Assembly (NCBI GenBank): GCA_037131955.1 | Contig: JBAXQC010000002.1 | Span: forward strand, 16,689 to 80,688 | DNA: 64,000 nt | Source of the DNA: Bacteroidota bacterium | GTDB lineage: Bacteria; Bacteroidota; Bacteroidia; UBA4408 | Direction: 5' to 3' | In this document: piece after piece, positions 52,102-62,061 of the stretch | Layout: the number at the start of each line of letters is the position of its first letter | Numbering within the stretch: the stretch's first letter is position 1 | Program-made: the position numbers and the translations under genes | The notes under the pieces: generated by a model | Told to the model about the DNA's origin: nothing | Databases searched by the model: none | The model's input: only the letters and a program-made list of their open reading frames with translations

Positions 52102-53967
52102 TTATTTTTTATAAATTATAAGTAGTGAGATTTCATAATTTCTTCCGTGCATAGGCCTTAGGGCAATAACTTGGTACTGTGTATTTGATATGTTTCTTAC
52201 CAAAAAATTTGTTTTCACACTTAATGATTTTAGGTTAAGGAGATAAGAAACTCCAAGTTGATGCAAAAAATATTGGGGCAAATAGTATTTATTGTCCCAT
52301 GAAACATATCTGAATGAAGTAAAATCACCACCATAATTTAGGTTCCATTTTTTATAGCTAAAGCTCTCGTCCCAATGAAATTGGTAGCGGGGAACATATA
52401 TCAACTGATTGCTTGGCGAATCCGTATTAAATGCGTCAATGTAATTACTCTGGAAATTTGATGAAAATTTAATGTCGTTTGAAAAGCTGTAATTTAAATT
52501 CACTTCTGTTTCTATGCCTTTACTTTTGGTGGTGTTAACGTTTTGTGCATACCAAAAAAATTCACCCGGAATCCAAACAATTTGATTTTGTATCCATCTT
52601 TTGTAAGCAGAAATTTTTCCTGAGAACTCCAACTTATTTAATTTTACTGTGGAGGATATGTTTGATTCGAACTCTTTTGTTTGCTCCGATTTTAAATCTG
52701 GATTTCCTCCCGGCTTCCAATACAAATCATTAAAGCCAGGAAATCTGCTTACAGATGCTGCTTTTAACCCAACAATTAAATAGTTAAATATTTTTGTTTG
52801 AGATTCTGTTTGCCAGTTTGTAGGTTGTTGTGTAGTGTTTACCCATTCTTTAAAAATTACTGCATTTAGTTTTGTTTTAAGTGCTTTAATGGCTTGCGAG
52901 ACCAATAGTTTGGGCGAATAGCGGTTAAGTTCAGCTCTGCCTCCATATTCATTTGTTTTTGCCCAAGATTTTTGAAGATTAAATTGAGCCATTACCGAAA
53001 AATTTTTTACCGAATAATTAAACTCACTTACATTAAAAAAATTACGTGAATACGATTCAGAAAAAATGCTGGTAGAATAATCCGTAAAATCTAGTTGGTC
53101 ACTAAATACGGCGGTTTTGTTGCTGAAAGAATATTCGTTTTTCTGGTACTTTACGCTAAAAATATTTCTTAAATTAAAATCGTATTGTTGTGCATAACTT
53201 GCCATATTGCTCATTAAAGGTGCTATGTTTCTTTTGGTTTGGTTGAGCCAGGAGCTGTAGTTTACACTAAAATTTTTATACAGTTTCTTTTGAATGTCTA
53301 TTAAAAATCCTTTTGAATTAAACTCTGCATTTTTCTGTTTCTCTATGTTTTTTTTTGCATTAAAATCATTTACAAATGGAAAATTATTTTTTCCGGATTG
53401 ATGATAAAATTTCACACCAATTTGTGTGTTTTTATAATTTGAATAGATTTTAAAAATGTTGTTGTAATTTCCAAAACTTACAACAGAAGACAGGTGTTCT
53501 AAACTAAATTTATTTAGATTTTTAAAATTGTTTTCTAAGGATATTCCTCCTGAGGAAATGGGTTGAATATTTTGAAAAGAGTTGGTTCCTTGATTTACTG
53601 TTGCCGAATTAAAAAGATTAATGGGAACAATGGAGGCATCGCCGCTGGCAAGCATAGAGTTATTTATTGGAATTCCGTTCCAGCTAATTGTAGATTGTGA
53701 AGTGCTTCCGCCTCTTGATGAAAAGCTAGAGATAGAACCCGGACCATAGTTTCTTACAAAAACATTTCCTTGCCTTTGCAAAAATTCCGACGAATTGGTA
53801 GAGTAGGAGATGTCTACCTTTTTGGAATTGAAATCAAACAACTTTACTTCTTCAATTTCTATTGTTTTTAGCAACAAAGATTTTGTATAAATTGTATCTG
53901 TGCTTGCGCTATCATGCGGAGAGCCGAGGCAAAAAACAAAAAATACATTTACTATACAGTTAAACAA
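52102..53967 (-). CDS. btuB: TonB-dependent receptor, probable cobalamin transporter
   Basis: Plug domain (FLQRQGNVFVRNYGPGSISSFSSRGGSTSQSTISWNGIP) and a C-terminal beta-barrel. It is directly preceded by a cobalamin riboswitch. Confidence 0.8.
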   Translation of the reverse strand: MFNCIVNVFFVFCLGSPHDSASTDTIYTKSLLLKTIEIEEVKLFDFNSKKVDISYSTNSSEFLQRQGNVFVRNYGPGSISSFSSRGGSTSQSTISWNGIPINNSMLASGDASIVPINLFNSATVNQGTNSFQNIQPISSGGISLENNFKNLNKFSLEHLSSVVSFGNYNNIFKIYSNYKNTQIGVKFYHQSGKNNFPFVNDFNAKKNIEKQKNAEFNSKGFLIDIQKKLYKNFSVNYSSWLNQTKRNIAPLMSNMASYAQQYDFNLRNIFSVKYQKNEYSFSNKTAVFSDQLDFTDYSTSIFSESYSRNFFNVSEFNYSVKNFSVMAQFNLQKSWAKTNEYGGRAELNRYSPKLLVSQAIKALKTKLNAVIFKEWVNTTQQPTNWQTESQTKIFNYLIVGLKAASVSRFPGFNDLYWKPGGNPDLKSEQTKEFESNISSTVKLNKLEFSGKISAYKRWIQNQIVWIPGEFFWYAQNVNTTKSKGIETEVNLNYSFSNDIKFSSNFQSNYIDAFNTDSPSNQLIYVPRYQFHWDESFSYKKWNLNYGGDFTSFRYVSWDNKYYLPQYFLHQLGVSYLLNLKSLSVKTNFLVRNISNTQYQVIALRPMHGRNYEISLLIIYKK

Positions 53968-54084
53968 TCCTACAAAAAATTCACGGGAAAAAATATAAAA
54001 AACAACAAAGCAAAAGCATTGGCTTTACTTTAGTGTAATTTAAACCTTTATTCCCGAAGGTTAATAAATCTTTTTCGATTTTTA

Positions 54085-54215
54085 GGCAGGTCTTCTGACT
54101 TGTAACCTTTAATCTACCTTCCCGAAATGGTCTTCAGTGGTTAAACAGATTAAATTTTTTTGATGTTACTTACAGCAGCGGGTACTGTTTGCGAATTTCA
54201 CACAATTCCCTATTA
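54085..54215 (-). promoter_or_regulatory. cobalamin (AdoCbl) riboswitch
   Basis: The - strand RNA reads AGGGAAuuGuGUGAAAuUCgcaaACAGuaCCCGCugCUGUAAg...CCACUGaagacc...GGGAAGG...AAGUCAGAAGACCUGCC. It contains the conserved GGGAA, GUGAAAnUC and CCCGCnnCUGUAA segments and a near-consensus B12 box (AGUCAGnAGACCUGCC). It sits about 115 nt upstream of the btuB-like start. Confidence 0.85.
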
Positions 54216-54258
54216 ATTTGCGTAGGCAAAACCTCTAAATCTTGTGCAAAGGTAATAT

Positions 54259-54681
54259 TTATTTTTTAGTAGCAACAGCAGTGCAAGTTTCAATGCTTCC
54301 ACCTGCATCTTTTGCTGTATAGGATAAATTTAGTTTTGAAGAAACTACGCTCCCAGAACCCTTTATTACAAAGCCATCCATGTTTTGCTCTGGAATACTT
54401 ATGTTTCCGTTGGCATAATTTATATTCAAGCTTTTTTGAAAACCTATGTTATAAAAATTTTCAATTTTATAGGTAGAATTATCTGCCGATGTAGAGATTA
54501 CGTGAAATTCAAAAGTGGTTTTAGAAGCAGGACTAGAGCCACTTGCCGCTACAGTTTCTTCGCAATTGTATTTTCCTTCTATAGTTGGCTCAACAACATT
54601 ATCAGGCTCACAAGAAGCAAGAAAAATTAAAAGAAATAATGTAGATAAATGGTGTAGAAAATTTAGTTTACGACTTTTCAT
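54259..54681 (-). CDS. hypothetical lipoprotein
   Basis: Start set at the internal Met (MKSRKLNFLHHLSTLFLLIFLASC, a lipobox) to avoid overlap with the upstream transporter gene. Confidence 0.45.
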   Translation of the reverse strand: MKSRKLNFLHHLSTLFLLIFLASCEPDNVVEPTIEGKYNCEETVAASGSSPASKTTFEFHVISTSADNSTYKIENFYNIGFQKSLNINYANGNISIPEQNMDGFVIKGSGSVVSSKLNLSYTAKDAGGSIETCTAVATKK

Positions 54682-55576
54682 AAGTGGTTTTGTGTTTATA
54701 AAAACTAGCAAGGTATACACCTGCAAATATTAAAATTGCTGAAACAATTTTTGTGCCATCAATAAAATCTTTTCCCAATAGTATGGCAAAAAACGATGCC
54801 AATAAGGGTTGCAAATAGATATAAATTCCAACTACAGATGGTTCTACGGTTTTTAAAGCTATGTTATTTAACCAATATGCCAAAAAAGTAGTAAACACAA
54901 TTACATATAATATAGCCAAAATTGCTGAAAACGGAATTTGAGTATAGTCTACAGATATCATTCCATGCCAACCAAAAGGTAAAATCCAAAATATACCAAA
55001 TAAAAATACCCACTTCATTACAGTTAGGGTTTCATATTTTTTCATTAAGCTTTTAATGAGTACTAGGTAGATTGACCATGAAATAGAATTTAAAAAAATT
55101 AGTACATCGCCCAAAGAGTTTTCTGATTTGGTAAAACTTACTGTGCCTCCTTTGGTTATTAAATAAAATGCTCCACAAAAACCAAGAACAATACCTATTA
55201 CTTTAGCAAAACTAATTTTTTCTTTGTTAATTATATTTGAAATTAGCAAAACTAAAATTGGCGAAAACACCATTATAATTGATGCATTTATAGGCGTTGT
55301 TCTGCTTAGTCCCTCAAAAAAGAAAAGTTGGTTAATGGCTATTCCAAACAATGAACAAACAATTAATCTCCTAAAATCTTTCTTCTCTATTTTTTGAGTT
55401 GCACCTATATTGTAGAGACTAAAAAACAATAAAAACGCTCCAATTACCCTTAGCAATACAAAGCCCGAAGGTTGCAAATATTTGGGCATAACATGTTTTG
55501 CAATGGTATAGTTTGCGCCATAAATTACATTTGCTAAGAAAATAAAACTATGTGCTTTTAATTTTGATGGATACAA
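54668..55576 (-). CDS. DMT-superfamily (EamA) transporter
   Basis: 302 aa with 10 TM helices and two EamA repeats. Confidence 0.8.
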   Translation of the reverse strand: MYPSKLKAHSFIFLANVIYGANYTIAKHVMPKYLQPSGFVLLRVIGAFLLFFSLYNIGATQKIEKKDFRRLIVCSLFGIAINQLFFFEGLSRTTPINASIIMVFSPILVLLISNIINKEKISFAKVIGIVLGFCGAFYLITKGGTVSFTKSENSLGDVLIFLNSISWSIYLVLIKSLMKKYETLTVMKWVFLFGIFWILPFGWHGMISVDYTQIPFSAILAILYVIVFTTFLAYWLNNIALKTVEPSVVGIYIYLQPLLASFFAILLGKDFIDGTKIVSAILIFAGVYLASFYKHKTTYEKS

Positions 55577-55630
55577 ATTTTAGTTGCGTAATAAATTAAA
55601 AACACAAAGAAACTAAAACAAATTGTTACT

Positions 55631-55894
55631 GTGCTAATTTTTGTGTTATTTGGCAATATGAAGTATCATAAAATTTTTGGTTTATTTTTATTAATTTCTA
55701 TCCACAAAACTTTTGCAGGAGGCTTCCAAGTAAATTTGCAAGGCATAAAACAAAGCGGAATGGCAAACTGCGGAGTTGCTTCGTTGAGAGATAACTCCTT
55801 GTTGTTTTTTAACCCCGGTGGATTGGCGCTTTTAGATACTTCTTGTAGTATCACCACAGCATTTAGTCCTTTGTTCCCAAGAACTTTGTCCTAA
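55631..55894 (+). pseudogene. N-terminal fragment of a FadL/OmpP1-family outer-membrane transport protein
   Basis: Signal peptide plus GGFQVNLQGIKQSGMANCGVA...LFFNPGGLA, the conserved FadL N-terminal hatch motif (compare AGFQLNE.S..G.GRA..G). Only 87 aa remain, and the next gene starts 164 nt downstream. Confidence 0.45.
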
Positions 55895-56058
55895 TTTTTT
55901 ATAGAAATTTTATTTGCGTGGAATTCATCAACATAGTTTAATATTTATCTTTGCTGTAAAAATCTATTAAAATTGTTGAATTAAAATTAAAGTAAAAAAA
56001 AGCAGAAAAAGCCTTACTTTTAGTTCAAATTTTAAAATAATATTTAATACATAGAACC

Positions 56059-57696
56059 ATGTTTAATTTTTACAAAAGGATTTTTGCGACACTGCTTATT
56101 CTAATTAATTTTGTTTATGCAAAGGCCGATATTACGGTAAGTTCAAAGATCACTGAGGTGATGGTTTACCAGCAGTTTGCACAAATTACCGCTAATGCTG
56201 ATGTAAATATTGTTCCCGGAAATTATAATTTAATAGTTGATAATTTGTCTCAATATACTGACGAAGGTAGTTTGCAATTAAAAGGCGATGCCAACTTTGT
56301 AATTTTGTCTATTTCTACTCAAATGAATTATCTAGGAGAAGAAAAAAAGTCTAGGCAATTAATTGCATTGGAAGATAGCATTGATAGGTTAACCTTAAAA
56401 ATTTCCGCAAATAATAGCCAAATAGAGGTATATACTGCAGAACACGATATGATTATTGCCAATCAAAAAATTTCAGGGGCAAACAATGGCGTTAATTCCT
56501 TAGAACTGGAGAAAATGGCCAATTTCTACAGACAACGTTTGCTAGAAATAAAAACAAAGAGATCAGATTTGCAGAGAAAGCAACAAGAGATGGCAAAAAA
56601 ACAATTGGCGCTCACCAATCAGTTAAACCAGCTTAGAGCAGAGCAAACCAGTGTTTATTTGCAAGCAATTATTTCTATACAAAGTAGTGTTACTGCAAAA
56701 ACAAAACTAAGTTTAAATTACATAGTTTCTAATGCAGGCTGGTCTCCAATCTATGACATCAAGAGTGAATCTGTAAATGCACCATTAAAAATTGTTTCTA
56801 AAGCCAATGTGTATCAAAATACTGGCGATTTATGGAAAGAAGTTAAAATGTCTATTTCTACAGGTAATCCCTCGTTAAACAATACCAAGCCCAATTTACA
56901 ACCTTATTATTTGTCAATTTATAATCCTGTTACAAATTACAACAACAATAACTACCGAAACAGAAATGCTGGCGTTCCTGCTGCTATGCCTCAAATGATG
57001 ATGGAGGATAGAGAAGATGCGAAAAGCAGTAAAATGGAGGAAAAAGTTGTAACTAATTCGTCTGCTTATTCAACTAATATAGAAAGCACCACAAGCAATG
57101 TATTTGAAATTTCTTTACCTTATACCATTCCTTCCGACGGCAAAGAATACGTGGTAGCCATTCAAACCTATGATGTGCCAGCTGTTTACAGTTATTATTC
57201 TACACCAAAATTAGAAAAAGAGGTTTTTTTAATTGCAACAATTACCAATTGGGAGCAAACAGGATTATTGCCGGGTGAAGCAAATTTATTTAACGAAGGA
57301 ACTTATGTTGGCAAATCTTATTTTGATACAAAAATCACTGGCGACACTTTACCAATTTCTTTGGGCAGAGACAAAAATATAAACATCAACAGAAAGAAAA
57401 CAAAAAACTTTACCGAGAAAAACTTTACTGGCAATACAAAGAAAACAAGTTTAGAATATGAAATTGAAATTAAAAACAAGAAGAAAGGAGAAATAGACTT
57501 GGTAATTGAAGACCAGTATCCACTCTCTAAAATTGAAGAAGTTGAAGTTGACTTATTCAACGACGGCGGAGCCACTGTGAATAAAGAAACGGGTAAATTA
57601 AGGTGGAATTTTAAACTTAAAGCGGCAGAAAATAAAACCTTAAAGTTTGGATACAACGTAAAATATCCCAAAAAAATTATTTTAAATAATTTGTAA
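56059..57696 (+). CDS. DUF4139 (MuiA-like mucoidy-inhibitor family) protein
   Basis: 545 aa with a signal peptide; an N-terminal region like DUF4140/4139 and a central coiled coil. Confidence 0.7.
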   Translation: MFNFYKRIFATLLILINFVYAKADITVSSKITEVMVYQQFAQITANADVNIVPGNYNLIVDNLSQYTDEGSLQLKGDANFVILSISTQMNYLGEEKKSRQLIALEDSIDRLTLKISANNSQIEVYTAEHDMIIANQKISGANNGVNSLELEKMANFYRQRLLEIKTKRSDLQRKQQEMAKKQLALTNQLNQLRAEQTSVYLQAIISIQSSVTAKTKLSLNYIVSNAGWSPIYDIKSESVNAPLKIVSKANVYQNTGDLWKEVKMSISTGNPSLNNTKPNLQPYYLSIYNPVTNYNNNNYRNRNAGVPAAMPQMMMEDREDAKSSKMEEKVVTNSSAYSTNIESTTSNVFEISLPYTIPSDGKEYVVAIQTYDVPAVYSYYSTPKLEKEVFLIATITNWEQTGLLPGEANLFNEGTYVGKSYFDTKITGDTLPISLGRDKNININRKKTKNFTEKNFTGNTKKTSLEYEIEIKNKKKGEIDLVIEDQYPLSKIEEVEVDLFNDGGATVNKETGKLRWNFKLKAAENKTLKFGYNVKYPKKIILNNL

Positions 57697-57712
57697 GAAG
57701 GTAAAATTTTTC

Positions 57713-57792
57713 GCTTGGTTGGTCCTTGCGACCAACCAAATAAAGTGTCTTTGCGACCAACCAAATAAAAGGTCTTTGCGACCAACCAACTA
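57713..57792. repeat. three tandem ~25-nt direct repeats (TCYTTGCGACCAACCAA + 8 nt) with a 10-bp inverted repeat forming a hairpin at the first unit
   Basis: Repeat units at 57723-57739, 57748-57764 and 57773-57789 with 25-nt periodicity. TTGGTTGGTC (57715-57724) is the reverse complement of GACCAACCAA (57730-57739). The element sits in convergent intergenic DNA. Confidence 0.5.
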
Positions 57793-58026
57793 AGTACCTC
57801 AAATACTCCTCGCTTTATTGCTATTGCAGAAGTGTGGCAAACAAGGTTTTTATAGCTTTAAAATTTATACTTTTTCAAAGATATAAGTCTGAAGCCAAGA
57901 ATCCGCCGCGGCGGAAAGATACAGACTAAGTACTTTTAAATAAAAAGTCAGTAGTTACAAAATCAAAGGCTACAGCTTATTAAAATAATCAAACTATCTA
58001 TTAAAACTAACTAGAAATTTATTGCG

Positions 58027-59964
58027 TTAATTCAATAAATATTTTCTTACAAATTCAAGGGTAGAATAAAACTGAAAATCTATGTTTCCTTTTTTCCTAA
58101 AACCATGGCCTTCGTCTTTTGCCATTAAAAACCAAACCGTTCCTCCGTTCTCTTTAATTTTATCTTTCATTTGAATAGCCTCGCTTGCAGGCACTCTTGG
58201 GTCATTTTCTCCTTGTACAATAAACATAGGTTTTGTAATTTCTTTTGTATGATTTAAAGGAGAAATTTTCTCCAAAAACTCAGCCATTTTTGCATCTCTT
58301 TCATCGCCATATTCTACTCTTCGCAAATCTCTTCGGTAGCTTTCGGTATTTTTTAAGAATGTATTAAAATTAGAAATTCCAACTACATCTAAAGAACATC
58401 TAATTTTATCGGCATACCAAAAGGAACAGGCCAAGGTCATATAACCACCGTAGCTTCCTCCGGTTATCATTACTCTGTCTTTGTCCAAATCGGGTTGTGC
58501 AGCAATCCAATCCAGTAAAGCGCCTATATCTTTTACTGATTCTTCTCTTTTAAAACCATTGTCGGCATCCAAAAAAGTTTTTCCAAATCCATCGGAACCC
58601 CTTACGTTAGGATAAATAATAGATACACCCAACTCGTTTAAGTAATAATTATTTCTTCCCAAAAAACCTGGTCTTGATTGTCCTTCGGGACCACCGTGAA
58701 TATTTATTATAACTGGTCTTTTTCCAGTAAATTTTGTTGCTGCCTTGTAATAAAATCCTGAAATTTCTTTGCCATCAAAGGATTTCCATTTAACTAATAA
58801 CGGTTCTTGCAGTTGCGAAACATCCATTCCGCCCAATTCACTCTCTGTCCATCTTATCAGTGATTTAGTTTCTAAATTGTATTCAAAAATATCCGACGAT
58901 GAATTAAATGAATTAATTGTTAGTGCAAAGCTTTTTCCATCTTTGTACCAGCTCAGTCCACCAATTGTGCAATTGGGTATGTTACTTAAAGGGATTATGG
59001 ATTTATCTAAAACCGAGTACATATAAATTTTTGAAAGCCCATTTTCATTGGCAGAGAACACAATTTTTTGGCCGTCTTCAGAAATATCTACATCCTCTAT
59101 TCCCCAATTTATTTTAGAAGAAATTACTTCGATATTTTTAGTTTCAAAATTATAAAATGCAAGTCGATTAAATTCGCTGTCTTTGTTGGTAAGTAAAAAA
59201 AATCCTTTTCCATCTTCAGAAAATTCTAGTGCATCGTAAGTTGTTCTTTCATCTTTTAGCGGCAGGATACGTGTTTTTGTTTTTGTTTTTATATCCAGCA
59301 AATATATTCTTGATTCGTTTACCGATATACCTTCGCCAATTAAAAGCGATTCATCCGAAGGAGACCAGTCAGCAATTCCCCAACCTCCACCTAAATTTTC
59401 TCCTACCAAAATATTTGTATTGGTATCTAAAGGATTCATAACAAAAAAATCTCTGTCGGCATTGTTTCTTCTGGTAGAGCTGTAAGCAATTTTATCTTTT
59501 TTGTTGTTCCAGATTCCTAAACTGTTTTGCGTTCTTTTTCCTACAGAAAGCTGATTTACTTTTTTGTTTTTTGTATCGTATTTATACAATTGAGAGAATT
59601 CATTTCCACCATTGTCTCTTCCAAACAAAAAGTAATCGCCGTTTAAAGGTTCGAAGTTTGCAGTTCCTACAGGCTCCTCAAAAAAAGTAATTTGCTGCCT
59701 GTCGCCACCTGGCATTTTCACATAATGCAGTTGGTTGCTGTTGGCAAACCGAGTAGTAATTATCATTTCTTTTTTTGTGGGATGCCATGCAACAAAACTA
59801 GCTCCGCGAGATTCGGTATAGGATTTTACATCGTTAACAACTGAATTATTTATTTGGGGAATGTTTTCTACTACTAAATTCTCTGGTACTTTAATAACGT
59901 TAGTTTGGGAGTATGCCGCAGCGTTAGACAACAAACAAAGGATTGAATAAACGTATTTTTTCAT
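58027..59964 (-). CDS. S9-family serine peptidase (prolyl oligopeptidase/dipeptidyl aminopeptidase type) with an N-terminal beta-propeller
   Basis: Signal peptide, TolB-like propeller, and a C-terminal alpha/beta hydrolase domain with the nucleophile elbow GGSYGGYMT plus Asp/His downstream. Confidence 0.9.
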   Translation of the reverse strand: MKKYVYSILCLLSNAAAYSQTNVIKVPENLVVENIPQINNSVVNDVKSYTESRGASFVAWHPTKKEMIITTRFANSNQLHYVKMPGGDRQQITFFEEPVGTANFEPLNGDYFLFGRDNGGNEFSQLYKYDTKNKKVNQLSVGKRTQNSLGIWNNKKDKIAYSSTRRNNADRDFFVMNPLDTNTNILVGENLGGGWGIADWSPSDESLLIGEGISVNESRIYLLDIKTKTKTRILPLKDERTTYDALEFSEDGKGFFLLTNKDSEFNRLAFYNFETKNIEVISSKINWGIEDVDISEDGQKIVFSANENGLSKIYMYSVLDKSIIPLSNIPNCTIGGLSWYKDGKSFALTINSFNSSSDIFEYNLETKSLIRWTESELGGMDVSQLQEPLLVKWKSFDGKEISGFYYKAATKFTGKRPVIINIHGGPEGQSRPGFLGRNNYYLNELGVSIIYPNVRGSDGFGKTFLDADNGFKREESVKDIGALLDWIAAQPDLDKDRVMITGGSYGGYMTLACSFWYADKIRCSLDVVGISNFNTFLKNTESYRRDLRRVEYGDERDAKMAEFLEKISPLNHTKEITKPMFIVQGENDPRVPASEAIQMKDKIKENGGTVWFLMAKDEGHGFRKKGNIDFQFYSTLEFVRKYLLN

Positions 59965-60071
59965 TTTTTTTTATAAATTGGTTTTGAATATAGAATGAAT
60001 AGTATAAATGTAAGCAGCTTTTTTTCTTTTTAGCAAAAAAAAATTCTATATTTGAAGAATACATATCTAGC

Positions 60072-60890
60072 ATGACACACAAAATTATTACTGCAACATT
60101 GCTATTGTTTGCTAACGTCAATTTTTTATTTGCACAGGCTGATAAAAGTAGTGAAGAAAACAAAGACATTCCAGAGAAGAAATTCTTCTATGAACAAGGC
60201 ATCAACTGCACACAGTTTGTTAAACAATACCTTAGTTTTAATTCTATTAATATTAGCAATTTACCTTATTTGTTTACCGGAAATGTGGTGTATAAACCAT
60301 TTGGCTTTAGGTATGGCTTTAATTATATAATGAATAATTCAGAAGATCTAGGAGAAACCACATCTCTTAACAATCCAACGCCAGATAACGATACAAAAAA
60401 AATTACTTCAAATTTATTTACAGGTAGAATAGGCTTGTTTTATTACCAAAGAATTAATAAAAAGTTTGTAGTGAATTATGGCTTGGATTTTTTAATTTCT
60501 AAGGATTATACTTTAAGCCAAACAAACAACTCTACTTATGATATTAATGCGGGGAGTAGTCAAACAACTACCACAACCACAATTACAAAATCTTCCTCAA
60601 AAACAACGGTTAACTCTATGGGTGGAGGACCATTTATTGGTGTTCAATTTTTCTTTAATAAAAATATTTCTATTGGCACCGAGAGCAGTATTTACATTGT
60701 TAGCTCAGAAACCAAACAAAATCTAACAAGCGATTTTTACTCACAATCAATTACTTCATTTACAGGTTGGCAAAACATTCCAACAAGCATTTCCACTACA
60801 AACAATAACAGCAACCAAGAAATAAAATCTAATCAATCCAATACAAACATCAATATTCCATTGAACTTATTTTGTTACATAAGATTTTAA
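60072..60890 (+). CDS. hypothetical outer-membrane beta-barrel-like protein
   Basis: Signal peptide, alternating beta-strand pattern, a Thr-rich segment and a C-terminal Phe. Confidence 0.45.
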   Translation: MTHKIITATLLLFANVNFLFAQADKSSEENKDIPEKKFFYEQGINCTQFVKQYLSFNSINISNLPYLFTGNVVYKPFGFRYGFNYIMNNSEDLGETTSLNNPTPDNDTKKITSNLFTGRIGLFYYQRINKKFVVNYGLDFLISKDYTLSQTNNSTYDINAGSSQTTTTTTITKSSSKTTVNSMGGGPFIGVQFFFNKNISIGTESSIYIVSSETKQNLTSDFYSQSITSFTGWQNIPTSISTTNNNSNQEIKSNQSNTNINIPLNLFCYIRF

Positions 60891-60906
60891 ATTTTAAATT
60901 AATATT

Positions 60907-62061
60907 ATGAAGAAATTTATCCTTATCGTTTGTTTAATAGTTTCTATTGTTTCGTGTAAAAAATCATTAGAAAATAACAATTTAAACAATAATGGCAAGC
61001 AGTTAGTGCTGCCCGAGAATACCTATAACTATTCAGACAAAATTGGTACAGGCGAGTTTATAAATCAAAAAGTAACTTTGGGTAGAGTATTATTTTATGA
61101 TAGGTTTTTATCTGCAAACAATAATATTTCTTGTGGCTCTTGCCACAAACAGCAATTTGGTTTTGCCGATAATGTTTCATTTAGTAAAGGAATTTGGGGG
61201 AAAGATTTAACAAGAAACTCATTAACAATTGCAGGAGATGGTGGAAATTTATTTTGGGATGGAAGAAGCGCTTCCATGCAAGAACTTGTGTTGAAACCAA
61301 TTTCCAATCACAATGAAATGTTTCAGGACATTAATAAATTAGTAGAGAAATTAGCTTACAATCCTAATTATCCCAAATTGTTTAAAGCTGCTTATCAAAC
61401 TGAAGAAATTTCGCTCGCAAAAATCTCTGAAGCATTAAAATTATTTTGTAGTTCATTAAAACCAACAAATGCAAGAATAATAAAAGAAATCTCTAATTTC
61501 TCCAATATACAAATGTCAAGTTTTTCTCTTACTGAAAAAGAAGGTTATAATTTATTTTTTGGCAAGGCTAAATGTAGCTCTTGTCATCATATTACACCAT
61601 CAAATTATTCTGGAAGTTTCTCAAACAATGGCTTAGATTTGGATTACAAAGACAATGGACTTGGAGAAATATCAAAACTGGCATCAGATAATGGGGTATT
61701 TAAAACGCCTAACCTATTAAATATAGAATTCACTGCTCCTTATATGCATGACGGTAGATTTAAAACACTAGAAGAAGTTATTGATTTTTATGATCACCAA
61801 GTGCAGCCTCATCCTAATTTATCTTTTGTTCTTAAAACAAATATTCCGGATGAACAACTTTCTAATTTAATTGATTCATTAGCAAACGTTGGTATTTTCA
61901 TTAACAATTTTGAGCAATTAAGCCAGTACATTCCGGATTCAGGCGAACCAGTAAAACTTAATTTAACCAACAATGAAAAGAAGGCACTGGTTGATTTTTT
62001 AAAAACTTTTTCTGACCGTCAGTTAATTGTTGACCCTAGGTTTTCGGATCCTTTTAACTAA
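60907..62061 (+). CDS. di-haem cytochrome c peroxidase (CCP/MauG family), lipoprotein
   Basis: Two CxxCH haem motifs (CGSCHKQQ and CSSCHHIT) and a lipobox (VSIVSC). Confidence 0.9.
   Translation: MKKFILIVCLIVSIVSCKKSLENNNLNNNGKQLVLPENTYNYSDKIGTGEFINQKVTLGRVLFYDRFLSANNNISCGSCHKQQFGFADNVSFSKGIWGKDLTRNSLTIAGDGGNLFWDGRSASMQELVLKPISNHNEMFQDINKLVEKLAYNPNYPKLFKAAYQTEEISLAKISEALKLFCSSLKPTNARIIKEISNFSNIQMSSFSLTEKEGYNLFFGKAKCSSCHHITPSNYSGSFSNNGLDLDYKDNGLGEISKLASDNGVFKTPNLLNIEFTAPYMHDGRFKTLEEVIDFYDHQVQPHPNLSFVLKTNIPDEQLSNLIDSLANVGIFINNFEQLSQYIPDSGEPVKLNLTNNEKKALVDFLKTFSDRQLIVDPRFSDPFN

Noticed and set aside
57318-57785. 155-aa - strand ORF overlapping the DUF4139 3' end and the direct repeats
   Set aside because: It is antisense to a supported CDS and extends into repeat DNA. 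It is likely spurious.
57713-57792. Possible mini-CRISPR array
   Set aside because: There are only three 17-nt repeats with 8-nt 'spacers' and no cas genes. This is not CRISPR-like.
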